A stretch of DNA of 64,000 bases, from NCBI GenBank assembly GCA_964540145.1, contig CAZILS010000001.1:277540-341539 (forward strand), written 5' to 3'. This document shows, piece by piece, positions 45,060-53,417 of the stretch. A program made the position numbers and the translations under genes. The notes below the pieces were generated by a model. It worked only from the letters and a program-made list of their open reading frames with translations. It searched no databases and was not told the origin of the DNA. Within the stretch, counting starts at the first letter, position 1; every line of letters begins with the position of its first letter. Source of the DNA: an uncultured archaeon (lineage in GTDB: Archaea; Iainarchaeota; Iainarchaeia; Iainarchaeales; CAZILS01).

Positions 45060-45515
45060 CTATTCCATGAACTTCGCGATTACTATTCCCGCAGTCGGCA
45101 TGTATAGGATGCTCCCCACAATGGCGCTCATATGGAAACCCAATGGGTAGGCCATGCTGCTCCACACGAGGAAGATGCTTGGCAAACTGACAACTATCCA
45201 CATAAGGATGCCGAACATTTTTCCCTTTGCAATTGCGTTCCCCTTCAGCGCGGACCCCAGCCTGCAGTACACATATGCCATCGCAAACGCCAACACCCAG
45301 TACTGCGCGAAGAAAAGCACGGATATCGGGTCTTCAATAGGCCTCATCCCCCCGAGGGAGAAAATGTCATATTGCATCCCCGGAACCATATTTACTATCG
45401 CATCCGCTATCCGGGAAATCAGCAGCATCGCCAGCCCTGCGAGAACCCCCGATGTGATGAATTTTTTAGTGTTCATAAGAACCAAAACAATAACATCTTT
45501 CCGCAATTTAAGCAT
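45060..45515 (-). CDS. Hypothetical membrane protein
   Basis: 151 aa with 4 TM segments. No family recognised. Confidence 0.5.
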   Translation of the reverse strand: MLKLRKDVIVLVLMNTKKFITSGVLAGLAMLLISRIADAIVNMVPGMQYDIFSLGGMRPIEDPISVLFFAQYWVLAFAMAYVYCRLGSALKGNAIAKGKMFGILMWIVVSLPSIFLVWSSMAYPLGFHMSAIVGSILYMPTAGIVIAKFME

Positions 45516-45540
45516 TTCGCTGCACAGTTATGTAGAGAAA

Positions 45541-46182
45541 ATGCCATTTAACTGCGAAAAATGCGGCGAATGCTGCAGGCGCTACTGGATAACGGTTCTT
45601 CCGGATGAGCTCGAGAAGGAGGCGGGGTTTTTGAAAATCCCTGTTCGGGAATTTGTGAATAAATATACAAGACTCTACCTCCGCCTCTTTCCCATGCAAA
45701 GCGAGCACAGGAAACACGGTCTTGTAATAAGCTCTGCCCTGCTCCCGAAGAAAGTGGCGAGGAAGGCGGAGCACATCCTGTATGCGCTCCCAGATTTCTT
45801 TTTGGCCTTGCCCACTCTCGCCTTCAAACGCAGGGGCAAAACATGCATCTTTTTCGATGAAAAAAAAGGCTGTGAAATCCAAGAGGTAAAGCCCGAGCAG
45901 TGCTCCCTCTTCCCGGAAATCTCGATGAGCGGCACTCCTCTCAAAGAGCTATACCCTTTCTGCCTCGGCCTTAAAATCAATGGGGGGAAAAGAAAAACAG
46001 AGCTTGAGAAAAACCACTATCAAAACGTTTTCGGTTATTTCGAAAGGGTGGGGGAGGAAGGCTTCAAGAAAGTGTGGAAACACTGGCCGAAGGAAGGGAT
46101 AGCGGTCCTGAAAGGAAAAAAATTAGGGGACATTTCCGGGAAGGAATTTTTCGAGGCTATTTCAGCAACAGCTTCTCCCTGA
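45541..46182 (+). CDS. YkgJ family (CxxCxxCC) putative zinc/iron-chelating protein
   Basis: ORF 45154..46182, trimmed to ATG 45541. MPFNCEKCGECCRRYWI matches the CxxCxxCC signature. A second Cys pair lies in GKTCIFFDEKKGCEI...C. Confidence 0.65.
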   Translation: MPFNCEKCGECCRRYWITVLPDELEKEAGFLKIPVREFVNKYTRLYLRLFPMQSEHRKHGLVISSALLPKKVARKAEHILYALPDFFLALPTLAFKRRGKTCIFFDEKKGCEIQEVKPEQCSLFPEISMSGTPLKELYPFCLGLKINGGKRKTELEKNHYQNVFGYFERVGEEGFKKVWKHWPKEGIAVLKGKKLGDISGKEFFEAISATASP

Positions 46183-46744
46183 GCTCCTCAAGGTTCACGG
46201 ATGTGTCCTTGCACCCTTCCCTTAAAAGTAGAACTCCCTGCGGCGCAATCTTCCCGCCGCGAAGCGCATTCATCGCCATCTGCATCTCCGCAAAGCAGCT
46301 AACCCCCAAAACCCCCTTGTACTTCTTCTCATTGATGATTTTGTAAACCATGCTCCCCCCGGGAACAATATACAGGCCGCCGTACTTGAATTCATCCGCA
46401 AGCTTCTTTATCTTGGGGACCTGGCAACGCCCGCAGCTTGCGCACTCCCAGCCCCACTCCCCCATTTTCGCCTTGCACTTCTCCGAGTCCCTTATGCACT
46501 GCGGGACAAACAACGCCCTTTTTTTCGGGGGCACAGCCCTGAACCTAATCTCATTCAGCTTGTTCCTTATCTCAACATGCGTGTAATTAAGGAGCCTCTC
46601 GTTCAGGCCAAGCCCCATTCCGATTGCCTGGGTTGTCTTCGCGATGTTTTGATGGGCTCCGCTGTCGATAAGCTCGGCAATGGCTGCCTTGATTTTTCTC
46701 GTTAGCGGGAGCTGTTTCCCGACCTTCCGGTTCTTCGCATCCAT
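46157..46744 (-). CDS. DUF116 family Cys-rich protein
   Basis: ORF 46157..46936, trimmed to ATG 46744. LFVPQCIRD...C...WECASCGRC...IVPGGSMV...GVSCFAE matches the DUF116 pattern. Confidence 0.65.
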   Translation of the reverse strand: MDAKNRKVGKQLPLTRKIKAAIAELIDSGAHQNIAKTTQAIGMGLGLNERLLNYTHVEIRNKLNEIRFRAVPPKKRALFVPQCIRDSEKCKAKMGEWGWECASCGRCQVPKIKKLADEFKYGGLYIVPGGSMVYKIINEKKYKGVLGVSCFAEMQMAMNALRGGKIAPQGVLLLREGCKDTSVNLEELREKLLLK

Positions 46745-46973
46745 ACATACCCTTTCCCCTGCAACCGTTAAAAATTGCATGCCCGGGGCATGCTCCCAGT
46801 TAGCTTTATTAATCCCAAACCTCCATATCTGAGAAAAATATATCTGCTTTTTCCCCGATTCCGGCGCCCTTAGAATCCCTCCCGATTCCCCAAGCGCCTC
46901 CGGGGCGGAGATGCACGAGCGCCCCTGTTCAGGCAAACCTTAAATATCCCAATTGCGTTATACACTCGGTTTC

Positions 46974-49900
46974 ATGGCCGAGAACCTTTACCTTGAAAGC
47001 TGCCGCACCCTACTCGAGGGGCTTGCCGATGCGGTGGGGCTTGCCGATCTCAACGGAAACATTCTCTATGTGAATCCCGCCTTTGAGAAGGTGACAGGCT
47101 ACAAAAAAAGCGAGATTGAGGGCAGGCCTGCGGTGGCGCTCGCGAAGAAGCTGGTTGTTCCCCCGGAAGCCAAGGGTGTGCTGCAGAATTTCCGGCGCAT
47201 CCCCACAGGAAGGAACTCCAATGCCCCCTCCCAATTCAGGATACGCAGGAAAGACGGAAAAGAAATCTATGTGCTGGGCTCGGCAGGCCAAATAAGGGAC
47301 GGTGCCGGAAACCTTGTGTTCATCGAGTACTCGATGCGGGAAATAACGAATATGGTGGAAGGGGAACGCAAACTAAGGGAAAGCGAGCTGCGCTACCGAA
47401 GGCTTTTCGAAACAGCGAAGGATGCCATCCTGATAATAGATTCGGAAACCGGGAAAATAATTGATTCAAACCCCTATCTTTCCGAGGTGCTCGGCTACCC
47501 CCAAAGCCACTTTATCGGCAAGCGGCTCTGGCAGATAAGCCCGCTAAAGGACATTGCCGGGAACAAGGGCAAATTCAGGGAACTCCGGAGGGAAAAGTAT
47601 ATGCGCTATGAGTACCTTCCCTTGGAAACAAAGGCGGGAAAACGGCTTGAGGTCGAATTCGTAAGCAATGTGTATCTGGTGGGAAAAAAGAAGATTGTCC
47701 AGTGCAACATCAGGAACATAACCGAGAGGAAAAAGTCCGAAGAAGAGAAGGAGCTGAACAGCAAACGTCTGGCATCCTTTGTCAAGGACCTCAATAATGC
47801 CAACATAATGCTTTCGGAGAGCGAGGCAAAGGCAAAGGAAACCGATATCTTGAACAAGGTAATCGCCGAAACCGGCGGGGCAAAAAGCATTGACTCGCTC
47901 TTAAAAACAACCCTTGATTCCGTAATGAAGCACATGGGCTTTGAAGGGGGAGGAATTTACCTAATCGACTGGAAAAAGAGGCTTGCCGAGATGAAACTGT
48001 CAAAAGGCCTCCCCAAATGGTTTATTTCGGAGATTGAATCGCTCAGCGTTGACGCAAAGCCCTATGCCAAAATTTTCATAAAGAAGAGGCCGATAATCAT
48101 GGACAATTATGCCGGGCTTGCCTCCGCAAGGGCGAAGCGCTCCGGCTTCAAGAGCCTCGCAAGCATCCCGCTGGTCTCAAGGGGAAAGGTCCTTGGTGCG
48201 CTAAATGTCGCAAGCAAGACCCTGCGTGCCTTCACGGAAACCGAGAAAAGGCTCCTCTTTTCCATAGGGAGGGAGGTAGGCGCCGCGCTTGCGAGGATGC
48301 TCGCGGAGAATAAGATAAAGGAGGCGGCAAGGCGGATGAAGATACTGAACCAGATAATCTCCAAGTCCGCCTCGGCGAGGGACATGGAAACCCTTCTCAA
48401 GAGCCTCTCCCGCTCGACCATAAAACTCCTCGATTTCGATTTTGGCGGCGCCTACATCCTCAACAAGGAGGAGGGGACGGCCAAACTCCGCTATTCCGAG
48501 GGCATTCCCAAAAAATTCCTTGGGAAGGTCGGTAGCGTGAAAACATCGGACAAGCCTTACGATGTTGCCTTTTCCGGGGAGAGGGCCCTTTTTGTAGAGG
48601 ACTACCCCTCCTTCGACCCGGAGTTCGCGAAAGGCACGGGAATTCTTTCCGCAACCATGCTCCCGGTAAAGTCCGGCGGCAGCGTCATCGCGACACTGAA
48701 CTTCGGGAGCCGCCGAAGAAAATCCTTCTCAAACGAGGAGAGGCACATCCTCAAATCGGTTGCGATTGAGACCACGGGCGCGATTTCCAGGATGCTCTCC
48801 CGCGAGAAGCTGAAGAAGAGCGAGGCCAAGTTCAGGACTGTTGTTGAAAATGTCCGGATGCACATCGGCGCAATAGATGAATTAGGGGTTTTCACAATCT
48901 GGAACAAATATTCGGAGAAGATGCTTGGCTACAAGGGGGAAGAGGCAATAGGCAAGCTAAGCCCAAGGGAACTCTTTGAGACGGAGAAGGAGTACAGGGA
49001 GCTCCTCAAGACCGCGCGCACCGAAGGCCTCTATGACCGGGAAACCAACTTCGTCAGGAAGGACGGGTCTGTGTTCCCTGTGCACCTCATCGTTGCGCCG
49101 CGCAGGGAGGGAAAGAAAACCACGGGCTACTATGGCATTGCGGAGGACATAACCGAGAGGAAAAGGGCGGAAAATTCCCTGAGGCAAAGCGAGGAAAAAT
49201 ACAGGAACCTGGCCGAAACCCTGAATGAGGGGATATGGCTGCTTGATAAGGGCGCAAAAACAACCTTCGTAAACCCCGCACTGGCAGAAATGCTCGGCTA
49301 TTCCGGGAAGGAACTGCTCGGCACTCCGGCAGCCGACTTTCTCGACTCCGCGGGCGAGAGGAAAATGAAGGAGATGATGAAGCGCAGGAAGGCGGGCAAG
49401 AAAGACCGCTACGAGCTCGACTTCTACAAGAAAGACGGGAAGAAGATGCGTGCGCTGGTTTCCGCAAGCCCTGTGAAGGATGAAAAAGGAAATTACGCCG
49501 GCTCGCTTGCGGGGATAATCGACATCACCGCAGAGAAGGCGGCGGAGGAGGAACTGAGGAAGGCGTATGCCGAGCTTATGAAGGTTGACGAGATGAAGGA
49601 TGACTTCATGAATATCGCGGCCCACGAACTCAAAACACCGCTTGTAACGGTCATCGGCTATCTCGATATCCTGCAGAGCGGGAGGATGGGGAAGCTAAGC
49701 GAGGAACAGAAGAACTCAATCAATATCGCTTACCGCAATACAAGGAGGTTGCAGCTCCTGATAAACGACATAATCGACATTACGAAGCTTGAAAGCGGCA
49801 CCATGCGGTTTAATGTGAAAAAGTTTGGCCCTGCGAAGGCAATACTGAATGTTGCAAGCGATTTTCGGGAAAGGGCGAAGGAGAAAAGACTGCATTTGAA

Positions 49901-50366
49901 AGTCGACCTTCCGCATAAACTGAAAACGATAACTGCGGACGAGAGAAGGGTTGCGCAGGTACTGGCAAACCTTATTGACAATGCCATCAAGTTCACCGAC
50001 AAGGGCGCTATAACTATTTCAGCAAAGCCGGGGAAAAACCACCTCGATATTTCGGTAACCGATACCGGGAAGGGGATAAATCCTTCGGATATGGACAAGC
50101 TGTTTGAAAAGTTTTTTATCGGCGAACAGGTATTGCAGAAGATAGGCGGCACAGGCCTTGGCCTGGCTATCTGCAAGGGAATAGCGCTTGCCCACGGCGG
50201 GGATATCCTTGTGGGCTCAAAAAGGGGCAAAGGCTCGACCTTCACGTTTAGGCTTCCTTATACCGCAGCCGCACTGGCGCCCGGAAAGTTCGCAGTCGCC
50301 ATCCCGCAGGAAACCTTCAAAAAGAACACCGCCCTAAAGGGCGCAAAAGACGTTCAAGGCATATAG
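46974..50366 (+). CDS. Multi-PAS/GAF sensor histidine kinase (~1130 aa, no TM segment seen)
   Basis: Several PAS repeats (NPAFEKVTGYKKSEIEG, NPYLSEVLGYPQSHFIG, WNKYSEKMLGYKGEEAIG, NPALAEMLGYSGKELLG), two GAF-like segments, HisKA H-box (AAHELKTPL), and HATPase N and G boxes (NLIDNAIKF, GTGLGLAICKGI). Confidence 0.85.
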   Translation: MAENLYLESCRTLLEGLADAVGLADLNGNILYVNPAFEKVTGYKKSEIEGRPAVALAKKLVVPPEAKGVLQNFRRIPTGRNSNAPSQFRIRRKDGKEIYVLGSAGQIRDGAGNLVFIEYSMREITNMVEGERKLRESELRYRRLFETAKDAILIIDSETGKIIDSNPYLSEVLGYPQSHFIGKRLWQISPLKDIAGNKGKFRELRREKYMRYEYLPLETKAGKRLEVEFVSNVYLVGKKKIVQCNIRNITERKKSEEEKELNSKRLASFVKDLNNANIMLSESEAKAKETDILNKVIAETGGAKSIDSLLKTTLDSVMKHMGFEGGGIYLIDWKKRLAEMKLSKGLPKWFISEIESLSVDAKPYAKIFIKKRPIIMDNYAGLASARAKRSGFKSLASIPLVSRGKVLGALNVASKTLRAFTETEKRLLFSIGREVGAALARMLAENKIKEAARRMKILNQIISKSASARDMETLLKSLSRSTIKLLDFDFGGAYILNKEEGTAKLRYSEGIPKKFLGKVGSVKTSDKPYDVAFSGERALFVEDYPSFDPEFAKGTGILSATMLPVKSGGSVIATLNFGSRRRKSFSNEERHILKSVAIETTGAISRMLSREKLKKSEAKFRTVVENVRMHIGAIDELGVFTIWNKYSEKMLGYKGEEAIGKLSPRELFETEKEYRELLKTARTEGLYDRETNFVRKDGSVFPVHLIVAPRREGKKTTGYYGIAEDITERKRAENSLRQSEEKYRNLAETLNEGIWLLDKGAKTTFVNPALAEMLGYSGKELLGTPAADFLDSAGERKMKEMMKRRKAGKKDRYELDFYKKDGKKMRALVSASPVKDEKGNYAGSLAGIIDITAEKAAEEELRKAYAELMKVDEMKDDFMNIAAHELKTPLVTVIGYLDILQSGRMGKLSEEQKNSINIAYRNTRRLQLLINDIIDITKLESGTMRFNVKKFGPAKAILNVASDFRERAKEKRLHLKVDLPHKLKTITADERRVAQVLANLIDNAIKFTDKGAITISAKPGKNHLDISVTDTGKGINPSDMDKLFEKFFIGEQVLQKIGGTGLGLAICKGIALAHGGDILVGSKRGKGSTFTFRLPYTAAALAPGKFAVAIPQETFKKNTALKGAKDVQGI

Positions 50367-50413
50367 AAAGCTATTTATATGACAAAAACAGTAGAAATTT
50401 AGGGTGAGGCATT

Positions 50414-50776
50414 ATGGCAAAAATTTTGGTAGTTGACAACGAGCAGGATACGGTAGAACTTGTGAAGACAATCCTTGAGAAAGAAGGATATAAGATTGTC
50501 GAGGCGTTTAACGGCAGGGACGCCCTTGCCAAGAACGAGAAGGAAAACCCCGATCTCGTCCTGCTCGACATAATGATGCCCGATTTGAGCGGCTGGGATG
50601 TTTACCAAAGGCTTAGGAAGAAAAACCCGGAGGCGAAGGTTGCGTTGCTCAGCATAATAGAGGTTTCCGATGACCGGAGAAAGAGGCTCCTGAATGAGGG
50701 GCTAAGCGACTACGTCCTCAAGCCCTTCACCGCAAAAGAACTCATAGAACGGGTTAGAGCAATTGTAAAGCCATAA
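50414..50776 (+). CDS. Single-domain response regulator (REC only, CheY-like)
   Basis: ILVVDNE, DLVLLDIMMPDLSG (phospho-acceptor Asp) and KPF motifs. There is no output domain. Confidence 0.85.
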   Translation: MAKILVVDNEQDTVELVKTILEKEGYKIVEAFNGRDALAKNEKENPDLVLLDIMMPDLSGWDVYQRLRKKNPEAKVALLSIIEVSDDRRKRLLNEGLSDYVLKPFTAKELIERVRAIVKP

Positions 50777-51011
50777 TTTTGGATTTTTTTCCATTCAAGC
50801 TGATTATTTCGTTGCCCTTGACCGAGAATACAATCCGATATTTTCCCACATGCTCGCTTCTCCTTTTTTTGAATACGTTCGAGAGCGGCTTCGCAAGCAG
50901 GGGGGTTATAGAGATTTTTTCTATGCCTTTGAGAACCTGCCCCGCAACCGATTTGTCAAGCTTCTTCAGCCCCTTTTTTGCACGCGATGAATAGGCAATA
51001 CCATAGGTTAT
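50754..51011 (-). pseudogene. RelE/ParE-like toxin remnant without canonical start codon or cognate antitoxin
   Basis: My minus-strand translation is (E)ITYGIAYSSRAKKGLKKLDKSVAGQVLKGIEKISITPLLAKPLSNVFKKRRSEHVGKYRIVFSVKGNEIISLNGKKSKIMALQLL-stop. It shows the RelE/ParE pattern (xYxIxYSxxAxKxLKKLDK...GxYRIxF). The frame opens only 5 codons upstream (TAG) with no ATG, GTG or TTG. Its 3' end overlaps the response-regulator gene. Confidence 0.45.
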
Positions 51012-51017
51012 TTCAAA

Positions 51018-51088
51018 GCCCCAGCCCTAAAGGACTGCGGCACGTTTTGCCCCAGCCCTAAAGGACTGCGGCACGTTTTGCCCCAGCC
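51018..51088. repeat. Tandem 31-bp repeat (2 full copies plus 9-nt third copy) duplicating the tRNA-Glu 3' end and trailer
   Basis: gccccagccctaaaggactgcggcacgtttt occurs at 51018-51048 and at 51049-51079. It is followed by gccccagcc at 51080-51088, which is the acceptor 3' strand of tRNA-Glu. Confidence 0.95.
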
Positions 51089-51209
51089 GGGATTTGAACC
51101 CGAGTCTCCAACTTTCGACGGCGGTACCGGCCCTAAAAGGGCAGTATATGAATCCCGGAGGATCCGCCATGAGAGGCTGGCGTGCTTAGCCGGACTACAC
51201 TACCGGGGC
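51079..51209 (-). tRNA. tRNA-Glu (CUC) with 56-nt intron at 37/38
   Basis: Exon 1 is 51209-51170 (GCCCCGG-TA-GTGT-AGTCCGGCTAA-GCAC-G-CCAGC-CTCTCA). The intron is 51169-51114. Exon 2 is 51113-51079 (A-GTTGG-AGAC-TCGGG-TTCAAAT-CCCGG-CTGGGGC-A). The body closely resembles archaeal tRNA-Glu. Confidence 0.75.
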
Positions 51210-51462
51210 TACACACAGGCGGTTGTGTTATCGCCGTCCTGTTGAACACAGCTCAACAGAACCTCTCACCCCCTCGTCGAGGGGGCTCGATAAATATGCC
51301 TTGTTGACATAACTGGTGTTGCAAAGCTATTTAAATTCTTCATGTTCCCTTGTTCTACCTGTGCCAATGAGGAGCAGGCTGAGCACTGACCGACCCCGCC
51401 CCCAAAGGGCTTCCCGCTGGAAGGGGGAGGGATGAAGACGATTATGAGTTCCGAGGCACGAT

Positions 51463-51852
51463 TTACATGTCCTCCAGTTTCCACATTATCTCAACGTCTT
51501 CCTCAATAAGATACGCGCTTGCCCCGACCATCGCATATTCCCCATCAATATAGAATCCCCAGTAGCTTGTTTCCCCCGAAGGAATCCCCGCTATCGAGGT
51601 TATGAATTCCCCCATCCCAGGATATTCCGTTGTTTCGATATCTGTCAATCCCCTCATCACGGAGATGATATACCTTCCCTTTGCAACCTCAACCGACTTT
51701 TCGAGAATTATTTCTCCCCGACCATCGATAACCACAACAGAAACATTCGTCTTTGTGCTTTTCCCGGGCTCACTTTGGCTGGTGATACATCCTGACATTA
51801 GTAACAGTGCCGTCAGGATTAGTGCGGGCAATACTGACAATTTTGAGTTCAT
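51463..51852 (-). CDS. DUF4430-like secreted lipoprotein
   Basis: ORF 51463..51990, trimmed to ATG 51852 (GGAGG 8 nt upstream). Signal/lipobox LLLMSGC. The motif ...GEFITSIAGIPSGETSYWGFYIDGEYAMVGASAY is typical of DUF4430. Confidence 0.65.
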   Translation of the reverse strand: MNSKLSVLPALILTALLLMSGCITSQSEPGKSTKTNVSVVVIDGRGEIILEKSVEVAKGRYIISVMRGLTDIETTEYPGMGEFITSIAGIPSGETSYWGFYIDGEYAMVGASAYLIEEDVEIMWKLEDM

Positions 51853-52450
51853 CCTTTTTCCTCCATAGTTTAAGCATCGGCGCCGCAAGTTTCGCAAACA
51901 CCGCATTTGTTCCTGCATGCAGCGCGGAAAACGGCAGCGAGGCAAGCATATACAAAGGCAATGCAAACAGCCCAATTCCCAGCAGGCCAAGCCCCGTAAA
52001 GAACCCGCCTATATTAACCACAACTTCGTAAAGCACAGTGCCTGCAATGCTGAGCAAAACAAGGTCCCTTGTTTTCGGTTTTTTAATTTTCCCGAAAATC
52101 CCCCCGATTATGCCCGCAGCAGCGCCCCCCAGCGCCTGGAAAATTGTCCACGGACCCTGCAAACCCCAGACCATGAAATTGGAAATTATGTAGGCGCTCC
52201 CGCCCAGCATTGCGCCCTCCCTCATGCCAAAGAGCAGCCCTGCCAAAATCGCCAGCGGAATAATCGGCTCAACACTCGGCACCATCTGCAGCGCAACCCT
52301 TCCCCCGACAGCTGCTGCAAGCAAACCCATGAAAATGGCAAACGACTTAACCTCGTTCCTAAGTTTATCGCCCTGCCATAGCTTGAGGAAAGCCTTCTCA
52401 ACGGCCTTTTTCTTCTTCTTCTGGAGCTGTTCTGTTAGGGTCTGTGCCAT
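51770..52450 (-). CDS. Membrane protein resembling an ECF-transporter substrate-capture (S) component
   Basis: 226 aa with 5 to 6 TM segments, rich in small residues. It is adjacent to a DUF4430 gene, which is a common pairing. The family assignment is tentative. Confidence 0.5.
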   Translation of the reverse strand: MAQTLTEQLQKKKKKAVEKAFLKLWQGDKLRNEVKSFAIFMGLLAAAVGGRVALQMVPSVEPIIPLAILAGLLFGMREGAMLGGSAYIISNFMVWGLQGPWTIFQALGGAAAGIIGGIFGKIKKPKTRDLVLLSIAGTVLYEVVVNIGGFFTGLGLLGIGLFALPLYMLASLPFSALHAGTNAVFAKLAAPMLKLWRKKDELKIVSIARTNPDGTVTNVRMYHQPK

Positions 52451-52484
52451 GCTAAAACCAGCGCTTTTCTTTATATAAGGCTTA

Positions 52485-52559
52485 TGCCGGCGATGGGATA
52501 TGAACCCACGACCCCCAGATTATGAGTCTGGTGCTCTAACCAGGCTGAGCTACGCCGGC
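52485..52559 (-). tRNA. tRNA with CAU anticodon (elongator Met or Ile2)
   Basis: GCCGGCG-TA-GCTC-AGCCTGGTTA-GAGC-A-CCAGA-CTCATAA-TCTGG-GGGTC-GTGGG-TTCATAT-CCCAT-CGCCGGC-A. The G1:C72 pair argues against an initiator tRNA. Confidence 0.9.
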
Positions 52560-52632
52560 ACACGACGTGTGTAAAGCCTTGCTATAGATTCGCCCCTGAA
52601 ACCTTTAAAACCGTACCTGTCGGGTATGGCTG

Positions 52633-53307
52633 TCAGGAATAGTCCATTCTGCTTTTTACTTTAACTTTGTCCCCTCCATGGAGAACAACCCTGTCGGCAT
52701 AGCCTATAAACAGCCCTGTTTCAAGAACACCCGGAATTTCCTTAGCCTGGTATTCAAGGTCTTCCAAAGAATAAATTTCGTCAACCTCGACATCCGCGAG
52801 GTAATTCCCGCTTTCGGCCATCGCTTCTTTCTTCCCATTCATTCGCAGGCTTGCTTCCCCAAGCTTTCCCAGCTGCATAACCGTCCTGGCGTGCCCAAAG
52901 GGCGCAACCTCAAAAGGGATAACCCCCTTAAGCTTCTTGACAAAATTCTCCTCCTCAATCACAACAACCATAACCTCTCCGCTCTGCGCTATCATCTTAT
53001 CCCTTACGAGCGAATGGGAATCTCTCTTTATAAAGTTGAAATCCCCATCAACCATGTCTGCGAACTCAACCGCAACATCTATCTCATCTTTATTCAGGGT
53101 TGTTATCTCAAGGCCCATTGCCGCGGCCAAGCCGGCTATCCTGGCGGAGGTAGGCACTATCTTCACGGTCTCGCCTTTATCCTCGAGGGCGAGCGCCAGC
53201 TTCTTGACAAACTTCTCGCCAAGTTCGGAAGTGCCTATGGAAACAACATCCCCTGCCTTGATATACTTCGCAATGAACTGCCCTATGTGCTCGTCTCTCA
53301 ATGCCAT
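52633..53307 (-). CDS. Ribose-5-phosphate isomerase A-like protein (divergent active-site motifs)
   Basis: It is collinear with RpiA (PFEVAP, SGNYLAD, PGVLETGLF). However, GTGST is replaced by GTSELG, DGADE by EFADM, and KGGGAALTREK by KRDSHSLVRDK. Confidence 0.6.
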   Translation of the reverse strand: MALRDEHIGQFIAKYIKAGDVVSIGTSELGEKFVKKLALALEDKGETVKIVPTSARIAGLAAAMGLEITTLNKDEIDVAVEFADMVDGDFNFIKRDSHSLVRDKMIAQSGEVMVVVIEEENFVKKLKGVIPFEVAPFGHARTVMQLGKLGEASLRMNGKKEAMAESGNYLADVEVDEIYSLEDLEYQAKEIPGVLETGLFIGYADRVVLHGGDKVKVKSRMDYS

Positions 53308-53417
53308 GTGAACCGCTATAATTAGTGCCTTGGTGTTAATAAAAATAAGCCCCCGCCCCTACGAGGGACGTAAGCCTCCATCCGCAAGGGGGGGCTGTCG
53401 GCTTAATCCGCAGATTA

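Noticed and set aside
51018-51088. 31-bp perfect tandem repeats considered as a mini CRISPR array
   Set aside because: The copies are directly contiguous with no spacers, there are only two full units, and they duplicate the tRNA-Glu 3' end. No cas genes are present in the window.
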